From Candidatus Saccharimonadales bacterium (GTDB taxonomy: Bacteria > Patescibacteriota > Microgenomatia > Curtissbacterales > GWA2-41-24): DNA of 48,224 nt. Position 1 is the first letter of the stretch. Each line of letters begins with the position of its first letter. Of the stretch, positions 1-8,527 are shown in pieces. The stretch is taken from contig DATIHT010000015.1 of NCBI GenBank assembly GCA_035480415.1, positions 1 to 48,224 of the forward strand. The letters run 5' to 3'. The translations under genes were made by a program, and so were the position numbers. Under the pieces are notes generated by a model that ran no database searches, was not told where the DNA came from, and saw only the letters and a list, made by a program, of their open reading frames with translations.

Positions 1-1867
1 TTTCGTAAGTTTTTGTTATCCCCTCTTGGTTTACTTTTACCAGATCCGGCGAATTTATTTCGTCGAATGAAACCATGTACTTTACATTTAGAAGATTTAA
101 GAGTTTTGACGACTGAATTTGGGGAGTTAGAATCCTATTAAGTGAAGATACTTCCGCATTTGGGTTGTTAGACTCCATCACAGAAATGTATTGTGCGTAA
201 CTTTTTAGATAGAGCGGATCGTAACCATCTATCGATTCAATTTGGTACGCGCCAGCGATGTTAGGATGCATGATTCTTCTGTCCAAGGTTGTAATCCTAT
301 ATGGTTCTTTATCGCTTTTTAAGAACTCTATTGTCTGAGTTGTTGGAAAAATTGCGGGGAGTCTGGAAAACGGAGTAAATTTGTAGGCAAACCTAAAGAG
401 ATCTATAAAAGTTACAAGAAATATTGCTGTAATTAATATTTTTCTTGGTATTTTTATAAATCTTGTCGAGATGATAAAAACACTGGCTGCTGCAAACAAG
501 ATAGGAAATGCGAGATTCCTGAGGGCAATATATCTTGGGTCCAGATCCGGCACGCTTGGGAATATTCCTTTTTTTAGATAGGTTATAAGTGCCACTGCAA
601 AAAGCATCACAAGAGGTATTAAATAGACAAATATGTATTTCTTTTTTGGTTTTGTTGCAGTAAGTTGATCAAGCCCAAAGGCGGCAAGAACTGAAAGTGA
701 GAAGCAAATTAAAACAATTATTCTGGAAGGCTGAAGAGATTGAATAAATGGAAATTTAAAAAGGTACGGAATTTTAGACAGTGGGTTCTCGAGTGCAAGT
801 GCCAAGCTAATAATAAGAAGTGCCGTAAAGAACATGACATGTCTGCCTCTTTTTAAAATGGTCATTGTCACTAGAGTTAGGGGCATCAAACCTACAAAGC
901 CGACAAATTCGGCATAATTCCAGATGCCCCAATAGTTATAAGTTGTCGGATTACCAAAATAATCCGGAGCCAAAAACTGAATCAGGTGTTGGATTGGAAT
1001 AAACCAATCTTTCCTGCCAGGGGTGAAGCCCTGATCTATATTTCTTGCAGACAGGCTAATAAACTCCAGCGTTGGAAGTATCTGAACTGCAGAAAGCAAT
1101 AACCCTAGGCCGAGGGAGAATAATATAGTTAGAAGATTTTTGATTTTTTTTGTCTCTTTAAATTTATATATCGCGTAAAGAATTGCAGCAGAAGTTACGT
1201 AGAGTGCAGTTTGAAGATGCCCGGAAAAAATAATCTGCGATGTTGAAAAAACTGATATTAAAAACCAAAGAGGTGAGATTCTTTTGTAAATTTTTTCAAT
1301 GGAAAGTAATAAAAGCGGTAACCATGCTGCTGTTGTTACAATTGTTCCCCATGTGAGCCAGGCTACAAAGAACCCTGACAGCGGCAAAACGGCGCCACCA
1401 AGTGCGCTTGCTGCTTTTGAAAGATTTAATTCTCTGAGAAACAAATACATGAACGCTGCTGCCATTAAAGTTGGCAAGATTACAATCGCTGCCCACGCGA
1501 TGTTAAAGGGCAAAATAAACAAGAGTATGTTTAAAAATTGAAATGGCGATGACTGGGCATTGGCAAGAAGCGGCTGACCGGAAAAACTATAAGGGTTCCA
1601 GAGAGGTGGTGTTAAGTTTTTTAAGTAGTTAACTGCGGTTTTTCTCCAGGGATAGGTTTGTAAAACAGGGTCTGTGATGAGCGGGTTTTTTGTTGGAAAC
1701 TTGCCTGGATTGTATCCGTCAAATGTTTGATCGCGAAAAGGATGATAAAGTCCCAGAAGACTGTCTGCCGGGATTGGTATTTTTCCCTTTAGTAAATTGG
1801 GCAGAAAAAAGGCGAGTACGATTAATACAGGGACAAGTACAAAGAGTTTATTTTTTAGGCCGGGCAT
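1..1867 (-). CDS. YfhO-family polytopic membrane glycosyltransferase (GT-C-like); C-terminal end cut by the window edge
   Basis: Absent from the ORF track because it runs off the left edge. Reading the minus strand from ATG 1867 gives MPGLKNKLFVLVPVLIVLAFFLPNLLKGKIPIPADSLLGLYH... I hand-translated the first, middle and last segments and found no in-frame stop down to base 2. It aligns with the 18347..20761 paralog (LWNPYSFSGQPLLAN vs LWNPYTFSGQPLLAN; IPIPADSLL vs YPIPGDLLT). The start lies 1 nt after the upstream stop. Confidence 0.8.
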   Translation of the reverse strand, partial: MPGLKNKLFVLVPVLIVLAFFLPNLLKGKIPIPADSLLGLYHPFRDQTFDGYNPGKFPTKNPLITDPVLQTYPWRKTAVNYLKNLTPPLWNPYSFSGQPLLANAQSSPFQFLNILLFILPFNIAWAAIVILPTLMAAAFMYLFLRELNLSKAASALGGAVLPLSGFFVAWLTWGTIVTTAAWLPLLLLSIEKIYKRISPLWFLISVFSTSQIIFSGHLQTALYVTSAAILYAIYKFKETKKIKNLLTILFSLGLGLLLSAVQILPTLEFISLSARNIDQGFTPGRKDWFIPIQHLIQFLAPDYFGNPTTYNYWGIWNYAEFVGFVGLMPLTLVTMTILKRGRHVMFFTALLIISLALALENPLSKIPYLFKFPFIQSLQPSRIIVLICFSLSVLAAFGLDQLTATKPKKKYIFVYLIPLVMLFAVALITYLKKGIFPSVPDLDPRYIALRNLAFPILFAAASVFIISTRFIKIPRKILITAIFLVTFIDLFRFAYKFTPFSRLPAIFPTTQTIEFLKSDKEPYRITTLDRRIMHPNIAGAYQIESIDGYDPLYLKSYAQYISVMESNNPNAEVSSLNRILTPQIQSSKLLNLLNVKYMVSFDEINSPDLVKVNQEGITKTYE

Positions 1868-1868
1868 G

Positions 1869-2924
1869 TTATTTGGCAAAAATTATTTTGTCGTATTCCT
1901 GGTAAAAGTTTTCTTCAGAAAACCTTTTGCTGTTTTTTACTGCCGCTTGTGAAAGTTTCTGCATTTTCTGCGGGTTTTTGATAAGGTCCAGTGTCAAATC
2001 AAAAAGCTGAGCTTTTGTGGTCCAAAGCAAACCATTTATGCCGTCTTCGACTATTTCTTTTTGTCCGCCTTTTCCAACCACTACCGGGACAGCAGCAGCA
2101 GCCTGTGCCTCCACTGTAGATATTCCAAAATGTTCCATTCTTTCCGGGTTTTTTTGTTCGTCTTCACCAAAACCTGTGGCATGCCAATAGATAGAGCACT
2201 TTGCGTAACTTTTTCTTAGCTGATCAACTGGCATATTTTCGGCAATTTTTATCCCAAATCCTCTTACGGATTTTTTAAGCTCTCTTAAATATTTCTCGTC
2301 TTCCTTTTTTGCCTGCCCTGCCATGAGCAATTTCCACTTTGGTGCTTTTTTGTATATTTCTTTAAATACTTCGATTAAAACCTCCTGCTTTTTGGGGTGC
2401 AGTTGGTCTTTACTAAACCTGCCTACGGACATTATGAGTTTTTCTTTATCTGTTTGTTTTATAGATTCTATGTCTACAGGAGGATAAATAACTGTTGAGT
2501 TTATCTTAAAGCTCTGATCTATAAATTCTTTGGTAAATTTTGAATTGCAAACTACATATTTGAAACTTTTAAGTTTTAATTTAGTTTTAAAATCTACACT
2601 TGGAAATTTGAAAGGCACTTGGAAGTGAAGAACGTTTTTTTTGGGTCTGAGAGTAGGTATGCTTCCGTCTGATAATACAAAGATACTATCGTATTTAAAT
2701 GAACTTTTTATTCTTTGCGAGGTCGAATACTTAAAGATGTCCGGAACAAATTTTATTTTTGAAAGATCTATTTTTAAAAACCTTGAAAGAGGTGCTTTAA
2801 CTTCGATCTCGTCCCAAAAAATATCTACATCGTGATTTTTGGATAGGTAAGAAGCGAGGGTCAGCATGTATCTTTCCCCTCCGCCGAATGTATTTAGATA
2901 TGGACTGTAAAAACCAAACTTCAT
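1869..2924 (-). CDS. Glycosyltransferase family 4 (GT-B fold)
   Basis: 351-aa ORF starting at ATG 2924. N-terminal GGGERY motif. The C-terminal EHFGISTVEAQAAAAVPVV region matches the GT4 E-x7-E signature. Confidence 0.8.
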   Translation of the reverse strand: MKFGFYSPYLNTFGGGERYMLTLASYLSKNHDVDIFWDEIEVKAPLSRFLKIDLSKIKFVPDIFKYSTSQRIKSSFKYDSIFVLSDGSIPTLRPKKNVLHFQVPFKFPSVDFKTKLKLKSFKYVVCNSKFTKEFIDQSFKINSTVIYPPVDIESIKQTDKEKLIMSVGRFSKDQLHPKKQEVLIEVFKEIYKKAPKWKLLMAGQAKKEDEKYLRELKKSVRGFGIKIAENMPVDQLRKSYAKCSIYWHATGFGEDEQKNPERMEHFGISTVEAQAAAAVPVVVGKGGQKEIVEDGINGLLWTTKAQLFDLTLDLIKNPQKMQKLSQAAVKNSKRFSEENFYQEYDKIIFAK

Positions 2925-2963
2925 TTTTATTAAATTTCCTTAATATTTCTTAAGTACAATAAA

Positions 2964-3689
2964 TTAAAGCTTTGCTGATATATTATTCTTTTTGTCCTTA
3001 TATATAATAAGGTACGCTCTTACAACTTTGTTTGATAAATTTCTGTTTGCCAAAAAAACATAAAAAAAGTCATTCGTAATTGCATTAAATAGCTTCTTTT
3101 TAAGAAAAATTAGTTTTCTTACAAACTTTATATGAGGATCAAATATATGAATCTTGAACAATATTTCGCTAATTGTGATGTTGCCCGAATAGTAAACTTT
3201 GCTTCTTTTGCCTTTTGTGAATTTGTCTATTTCCTGCTTGGTCGGAAGGCCAAGTGCGATATGTTCCTTTAAGTACGTAACATCCATTCCTTTTTTTTCG
3301 AGCCATTTGGCGAGTTGCTTTTCATAATTGATGTGGTAATTGGTCCCCATAGGAAAGGAGAGAATGGCCTTTTTTGAACAAACTCTATATAGATCGCTTA
3401 CAAACTTTTCCCTGTCTTTTTTGCCAATATGCTCCAAAACGTCAATTGCACATACTGTCTCAAACGATCCATCTTTAAAAGGGAGCTTTCCGGTTTTTAT
3501 TATTACATCACTTTTTTCCTGACTTCCCTGAAGATTTGCAACAGTAATTTTGGAAGGGTTACAAAAATTTGAAAGTTGGTCTAGTTCTCCTCCGACATCA
3601 AGAACATTTTCACCATCTTCTATAAACTCGCCAATTTTTTTGTGCCTTTCGTATATATCGTACGGAAGTAGAAGTTTACTTATGCTCAT
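2964..3689 (-). CDS. Class I SAM-dependent methyltransferase
   Basis: VLDVGGE (motif I) and AIDVLEHI (post-I/II) are typical of Methyltransf_11-type enzymes. Overlaps the upstream gene by 14 nt. Confidence 0.7.
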   Translation of the reverse strand: MSISKLLLPYDIYERHKKIGEFIEDGENVLDVGGELDQLSNFCNPSKITVANLQGSQEKSDVIIKTGKLPFKDGSFETVCAIDVLEHIGKKDREKFVSDLYRVCSKKAILSFPMGTNYHINYEKQLAKWLEKKGMDVTYLKEHIALGLPTKQEIDKFTKGKRSKVYYSGNITISEILFKIHIFDPHIKFVRKLIFLKKKLFNAITNDFFYVFLANRNLSNKVVRAYLIIYKDKKNNISAKL

Positions 3690-4458
3690 TATTAATACGC
3701 TTAAATGCCTCCTGAGTATTGTTCTGCATCTCCCAGAGATAGGTTAATATCATTACATTATGAATTGCCTGATAAAGTGATGAGATTAAACCAACTCTCC
3801 CATCCAGGATGCCCAGTTTTATAAAGTACCTTTTTATAAATTCAAAAAGTGAAAATTTAAGAACTTTTGGAATAGTTACCTTGGGGCTTTTTGCTTCATA
3901 ATATAAGTTCGCTTCTACCTTTGCCCATTTAGTGCTTTTTCCCAGCATGGCTTTCATGCTTCTTGCAGTTTTGTGTACTAGTGGAGTTTTCAGGTAACCG
4001 TAGGTCCCGTTTATTTTTGGGCTCTCGTGAACTTTTCCTTCCCATTTTTCAAGATCTGCTGCTTTAAATAATTTCGGAACATAATCCGGCCACCAGCCGC
4101 CGTGAGTTTGCACTTTCCCCAAAACGTAATTTTTCCTCGGAAGATAATATGCTGAATGGTCGCCTTTTTCAACTGCTTCTTTAATTTCGACAATGCCTTC
4201 CTTGCTGAGTCTTTCGTCAGGGTCAATATACAAAAGCCAGTCGCCACTTGCGCTTTGTTTTAGTATATTGCGTCTGGTGCTGTAATCCTCAATAGCCGTT
4301 GTATGAATATTTTTGGTGTATTTTTTGGCAATCTCAAGCGTTTTATCTTGCGATTCTTGATCGAGAATTATTATTTCGTCCGCAAAGCCTAACTGGGACA
4401 AGGCATCGCCAATCATTTCCTGTTCGTTTTTGGTGAGAACTAGTGCTGATATACTCAT
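3676..4458 (-). CDS. Glycosyltransferase family 2 (GT-A)
   Basis: SALVLTKNE...IILDQESQDKT...YIDPDERL gives a GT2 N-terminal fold with a DxD motif. The WWPDY segment is shared with the paralog 6124..7035. ATGA overlap with the upstream gene. Confidence 0.8.
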   Translation of the reverse strand: MSISALVLTKNEQEMIGDALSQLGFADEIIILDQESQDKTLEIAKKYTKNIHTTAIEDYSTRRNILKQSASGDWLLYIDPDERLSKEGIVEIKEAVEKGDHSAYYLPRKNYVLGKVQTHGGWWPDYVPKLFKAADLEKWEGKVHESPKINGTYGYLKTPLVHKTARSMKAMLGKSTKWAKVEANLYYEAKSPKVTIPKVLKFSLFEFIKRYFIKLGILDGRVGLISSLYQAIHNVMILTYLWEMQNNTQEAFKRINNEHK

Positions 4459-5342
4459 GAAGGAAAACCTTTGCCAAATTTTAACATTAAAAAATCAATA
4501 AATGCTTTTCTTTTTGTCGGTTGGTTTAACTTTGATGCGATATCCCTAAAAACAGCTAACTTGGTTCTTATTTGGGCGTGTTTGAAGGAGAAGAGCAGTC
4601 TGTTTCTTGTTATGTAGTAATCCTGAAGTTGTGAACCTGACGAACTTGAACCAGCATTTTTGTGCCATAGAACTGCTTTGGGCTCGAATATTATTTTAAA
4701 GCCTGACTTTTTTGCTCTCACACAGAAATCCATGTCTTCAAGGTAAAGGAAGTATTTCTCATCAAAGTAGCCAATTTTTTCAAATACTTCGCGTTTTACA
4801 AAAAGAGCAGCACCTGTTGCCATGTCTATTTCCCTGCTTTTTGAAAATTGTCCTTTGTCTATTTCGTCCACTCCGTCGTGTCTGCCTAGAATATTTGCCC
4901 AATCAATATGGCCGCCTGCATACCAAATCACATTCCCCAGGTCTTTTTTTGAATATCTTTTTTTGTGAAATTCAAACCCTGGAGCAAAGTAAATTTTTGG
5001 ACAGATGATATCTGCATTTTTCAGAGTATCGACAAGGCTAGTAATAAGATTTGTATCAACATAGGTGTCATTATTTAGGATAAGGACGGCGTCTGCTCCT
5101 CTTTTGATGGCATGTTTAATACCAACGTTATTTCCTCCGCTGTAGCCGAGATTTTGATCGTTTATGAGCAACTCTACACCTTTAAGGCCTGAGAGCTTCT
5201 CTTTTGAACCGTCCGAGGATGCATTGTCCACAACAACTATTTTTATTTCATTGTCGTCTTTGTTTAGTTTTTTTAGAGATTCAACGCAATCCAGGGTGTT
5301 TTGCAAGCCGTTATAATTTAAAACTACGATTGAAACTTTCAT
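4455..5342 (-). CDS. Glycosyltransferase family 2, rhamnosyltransferase (WbbL)-like
   Basis: MKVSIVVLNYNG, VVDNASSDGS, NLGYSGGNN and LEDMDFCVRA motifs. An AAGGAGAG Shine-Dalgarno lies 8 nt upstream of ATG 5342. The track ORF extends to 5747, but that 135-aa extension is low-complexity and overlaps the divergent PPIase gene. Confidence 0.8.
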   Translation of the reverse strand: MKVSIVVLNYNGLQNTLDCVESLKKLNKDDNEIKIVVVDNASSDGSKEKLSGLKGVELLINDQNLGYSGGNNVGIKHAIKRGADAVLILNNDTYVDTNLITSLVDTLKNADIICPKIYFAPGFEFHKKRYSKKDLGNVIWYAGGHIDWANILGRHDGVDEIDKGQFSKSREIDMATGAALFVKREVFEKIGYFDEKYFLYLEDMDFCVRAKKSGFKIIFEPKAVLWHKNAGSSSSGSQLQDYYITRNRLLFSFKHAQIRTKLAVFRDIASKLNQPTKRKAFIDFLMLKFGKGFPS

Positions 5343-5396
5343 TAAATTAGCTCTCCTTCTTTTTATTAAACCTGCCTGTCGTATTTGTACCTCATT

Positions 5397-5425
5397 ATTA
5401 TCCAAGTTTAGAGTTAATCGGTCAA
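5397..5425 (-). promoter_or_regulatory. Sigma70-like promoter TTGACC-N17-GATAAT for the GT2 gene at 5342
   Basis: Read on the minus strand: TTGACC (5425-5420), a 17-nt spacer, GATAAT (5402-5397), followed by a GGAGAG SD. It sits in the divergent intergenic region. Confidence 0.45.
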
Positions 5426-5496
5426 AGTTTGGTTGTATCTTTTTGGTATACTCACACTTGAAATTATATGCTAAACTACTTTTTAGCTTAAATCTT

Positions 5497-6123
5497 GTGA
5501 AAAACCTAGCAATTGCGATTGGAGTATTAATTGTAGTTATCGTATTTGCTTTTGTATTTGTGAAAGGCAATAGCAAAAAAGACGATACTTTGATACCAAG
5601 CCCTGTTCCGATATCTTCTCCGCAACTTGAGTTTTTCAAAAGACAAGGCAGCCAATCCGCTATGAACCAACAAGCACCATTCGAGCTTTTAAAACCGGAG
5701 CAAATTGAAGGTAAAAAGGTAAAAATCACAACCGCAAAGGGAAACATAGTTTTTTCTCTTTATGGCGATGCTCCTATTGCTGCATCAAACTTTATTTCTC
5801 TTGTTGGCAGGGGTTTTTATAATGGGTTGACCTTTCATAGGAGAGAAGAAGGTTTTGTGATCCAAGGTGGAGACCCAAGAGGAAACGGCACAGGAGGCCC
5901 TGGGTATCAATTTATAGACGAAAAAGTAACGAGGGACTACAAAAGGGGAATTGTCGCAATGGCAAATTCAGGACCAAATACAAATGGCAGTCAATTTTTT
6001 ATAATGCTTGCAGATGCTCCTCTTCCAAAAAACTACACAATTTTTGGTAACGTTATTGAGGGGATGGACGTTGTTGATAAGATTGCTGTTGGCGACAAAA
6101 TGACAACAGTGGTCGTTGAGTAG
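5497..6123 (+). CDS. Cyclophilin-type peptidyl-prolyl cis-trans isomerase with an N-terminal membrane anchor
   Basis: Cyclophilin signatures FHRREEGFVIQGGDPRGNGTGGPGY and MANSGPNTNGSQFFI. Hydrophobic anchor LAIAIGVLIVVIVFAFVFV. The start is uncertain: the track begins at TTG 5443. I prefer GTG 5497 (MKNLAIAIG...) because a TGgTATACT extended -10 sits at 5444-5452. Confidence 0.8.
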   Translation: MKNLAIAIGVLIVVIVFAFVFVKGNSKKDDTLIPSPVPISSPQLEFFKRQGSQSAMNQQAPFELLKPEQIEGKKVKITTAKGNIVFSLYGDAPIAASNFISLVGRGFYNGLTFHRREEGFVIQGGDPRGNGTGGPGYQFIDEKVTRDYKRGIVAMANSGPNTNGSQFFIMLADAPLPKNYTIFGNVIEGMDVVDKIAVGDKMTTVVVE

Positions 6124-7035
6124 TTACTTTAGTTTTCTTCTTACCTTGTAGTAGATTTTTCTTTTTGGATTCTGGCTCATTAAACTTTCAAATATCCAAT
6201 ACCTTATGTCTTTTGCTGCTCTTTGTAATTCTACAATTACTTCCACGAGAAAATTGTCCGGAGTCATATCTCTAAACTTTTCTTTTTTCTCCCAAACCTT
6301 AGCGAAGAAAACTAAAGCATAAAATGCCTGAAACAAAGACAGGACAAGACCATGCATACCATCTAAAAATCCTTTTTCAAAAAAGAAGGTTTTTACAAAA
6401 TCGTTGGCCGGCCATCTTATTGCATCAAACCAATAGATTTGCTTTCCGGCGTTCATAAAATTTTCTGCTTCTGATTCCGTATAAGTTCGGTTTAGTTTGT
6501 TGATAAATTGTGAGACTGTTTGATAGTTGTAGTGGATCATTGGGTTCTCCAGCTTATCAACTTCCCCAATTACATCAAGCTTTTCATGAACATGTTTTTG
6601 TGCAAATTTTCCTTTTCCTTTTCTGAATAGACGAAGGTTGTAATCCGGCCACCAAATTGAATGCTGGATCCATTTGCCAAAGATTATGTTTTTTCTGGGG
6701 ATGTCATATCCGTTTATAGTAGATCGACTATTGCTAATAGTTTTTTTTATTTCGGCTGAAAGTTCTGGTGTTAATCTTTCGTCTGCATCAAGGGAGACTA
6801 ACCAGTCTCCGGTAGCTTTCGAAAAGCCAAAGTTTTTATTTATATTTAGGTTCACAGGATTATTTTCTCTTGTGAATACTTTTTTGGTATATTTTTTGGC
6901 GATTTGTTCTGTCTTGTCGGTTGAGCTGTTGTTAACAACAATAATTTCATCTGCTGTGCCCTTTACCGATCTGAGGCAATCTTCGAGCATAGCTTCTTCG
7001 TTATATGCGGAAATTACAACGCTTAGTTTTTGCAT
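6124..7035 (-). CDS. Glycosyltransferase family 2 (paralog of 3676..4458)
   Basis: LSVVISAYNEE...IIVVNNSSTDKT...SLDADERL plus WWPDYNLRLFRKG. The architecture matches 3676..4458. Its stop abuts the PPIase stop (tag/tta at 6121-6126). Confidence 0.8.
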   Translation of the reverse strand: MQKLSVVISAYNEEAMLEDCLRSVKGTADEIIVVNNSSTDKTEQIAKKYTKKVFTRENNPVNLNINKNFGFSKATGDWLVSLDADERLTPELSAEIKKTISNSRSTINGYDIPRKNIIFGKWIQHSIWWPDYNLRLFRKGKGKFAQKHVHEKLDVIGEVDKLENPMIHYNYQTVSQFINKLNRTYTESEAENFMNAGKQIYWFDAIRWPANDFVKTFFFEKGFLDGMHGLVLSLFQAFYALVFFAKVWEKKEKFRDMTPDNFLVEVIVELQRAAKDIRYWIFESLMSQNPKRKIYYKVRRKLK

Positions 7036-7057
7036 TTTTTAATTATATATCAGGCGT

Positions 7058-8527
7058 TTATTTTCGGCTGATAATTGAGTTAACAATTACCATTGAGTCG
7101 TTTATCAAGCTTTTTCTAAAGATCGCAAATGACGAGATTAGATAAATAGAAGCACCAATAATCACGGTCAAGATCAGACTTGGGAAATTATTATTCATTA
7201 TCTGAAGAAGGAAGCGCATTGCAAAGAACATCACCATTGATATGAACAGTGGCCCAAGAATATTTTTGCCAACCTTGATTGGAATTTCTTTTTTCACAAA
7301 ATAGATCATTGCAATTGAGGTAGATGCAACAATTGCTGATGATATACCTACACCAATGTAGCCAAATCTTGTAATTAGTGGATACGTTAGAATCCAGGTC
7401 GCTGACGTCCAAAAAACCATAAACTTAAGAACGATTTTAGGCCTACCTGTAGCAAAGAGAGCGTTGGTGCAAGTTGTTGAAACTGCGCTAAATACAGCGT
7501 TAATTGCAAAAAGATATAAAAGTGGCAGGGCTGGTTCCCATTTTTGATACCTGGGGATTAAACTCACTAGGTTTGGTGCAATTGCAATTAAGCCAAAGAG
7601 TGATGGATATACGAAAAATGTGACAAAGAATATGGACTTCTCTACTGCCTTTGCTAAATCTTCCTTGTGATCTTGAAGTCTTGAGTACGCTGGAAAAATT
7701 ACTCTATTTACACTGTCCATAAAGAACCTTAGGGGTCTAAATGCCCATTGTTGGGCCCAACCTATATAACCTACCTCTGCAAAGGTTAGAACTTTGCCTA
7801 AAAAAACAGTTAACAGGTCGTCTTTTATGAGAGCTATCGTTGAATTTAGTTGGAATGGAAGACCAAACGAAGTTAGGTTTTTGGTGCTTAGTTTGTTCAA
7901 TCCCACCCTTGGCATCCAAGGTGAAAGTGCATATATCAAATAAAGGCCAACAATTCCTCGAGCAAGGACTGCCCATGTAAACGATGCAACACCATGCCCT
8001 AAAAGAGCTAGTGTTACTGCGGTTACAAAAAATACTACATTCTCTACAATTTGAGGAATTATTAGCTTAACAAAGTTTAGCTTTCTTTCAAGAAGTATTG
8101 ATGGAATTGTTTTAAGCGACGAGAGAATCAGAGAGAAGAACAAAACTCTAAGGAGCATTAGTCCATCTGAATCTAACTTGTAGAATTTCGCGATTGACTG
8201 AGAGAAAAGTAGACCAAGTATAACTATTGTGAAGATTATTATTTGCTGAAGGGTAAAAGTGCTTGTTAAGTCTCCTTGTGTTGGTTCCTCCTTCTTTTGG
8301 ACTAGTGCTGCTGCCAGACCAATATCTGAAAAGTAGACTAAAATATTTAGAAGAGAGGATACGATTGCAAAGATTCCAAAAACTGCGGGATCCAGGATGA
8401 TTGATAATGCCAGATTCCCAAATATATTAAATAGCTGAATAAAAAAACCGCTTATTATGAAAGCGACTATGCCTGCAATTGCCCTTTTGACGATTAGATC
8501 TACTGCTAGTTTCGGTTCTTCTGCCAT
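7058..8527 (-). CDS. Wzx-like polysaccharide/oligosaccharide flippase (MOP superfamily)
   Basis: 489 aa and hydrophobic throughout, with about 12-14 predicted helices. The N-terminal pattern ...LDPAVFGIFAIVSSLLNILVYFSDIGLAAALVQKKE is typical of polysaccharide biosynthesis (Polysacc_synt) flippases. Confidence 0.65.
   Translation of the reverse strand: MAEEPKLAVDLIVKRAIAGIVAFIISGFFIQLFNIFGNLALSIILDPAVFGIFAIVSSLLNILVYFSDIGLAAALVQKKEEPTQGDLTSTFTLQQIIIFTIVILGLLFSQSIAKFYKLDSDGLMLLRVLFFSLILSSLKTIPSILLERKLNFVKLIIPQIVENVVFFVTAVTLALLGHGVASFTWAVLARGIVGLYLIYALSPWMPRVGLNKLSTKNLTSFGLPFQLNSTIALIKDDLLTVFLGKVLTFAEVGYIGWAQQWAFRPLRFFMDSVNRVIFPAYSRLQDHKEDLAKAVEKSIFFVTFFVYPSLFGLIAIAPNLVSLIPRYQKWEPALPLLYLFAINAVFSAVSTTCTNALFATGRPKIVLKFMVFWTSATWILTYPLITRFGYIGVGISSAIVASTSIAMIYFVKKEIPIKVGKNILGPLFISMVMFFAMRFLLQIMNNNFPSLILTVIIGASIYLISSFAIFRKSLINDSMVIVNSIISRK

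Noticed and set aside
1144-1151. Homopolymeric A/T runs of 8 in coding regions (for example 1144-1151 and 2635-2642) as phase-variation tracts
   Set aside because: Runs of 7-8 A/T encoding Lys or Phe are frequent throughout this AT-rich window and occur in many genes. I see nothing that distinguishes them from background, unlike the heptanucleotide repeat.
1296-1905. Track ORFs 1296..1496(-), 1299..1541(+) and 1690..1905(+)
   Set aside because: They lie inside, in other frames or antisense to, the long edge-truncated YfhO-family gene (1..1867). That gene has clear paralogy to 18347..20761. The small ORFs are low-complexity shadow ORFs, two of them opened by non-ATG codons.
5343-5747. 135-aa N-terminal extension of the GT2 ORF (track 4455..5747)
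   Set aside because: The extension has no GT2 similarity, is odd in composition, and overlaps the divergent PPIase gene. A canonical ATG with an AAGGAGAG SD at 5342 starts the conserved MKVSIVVLNYNG motif.
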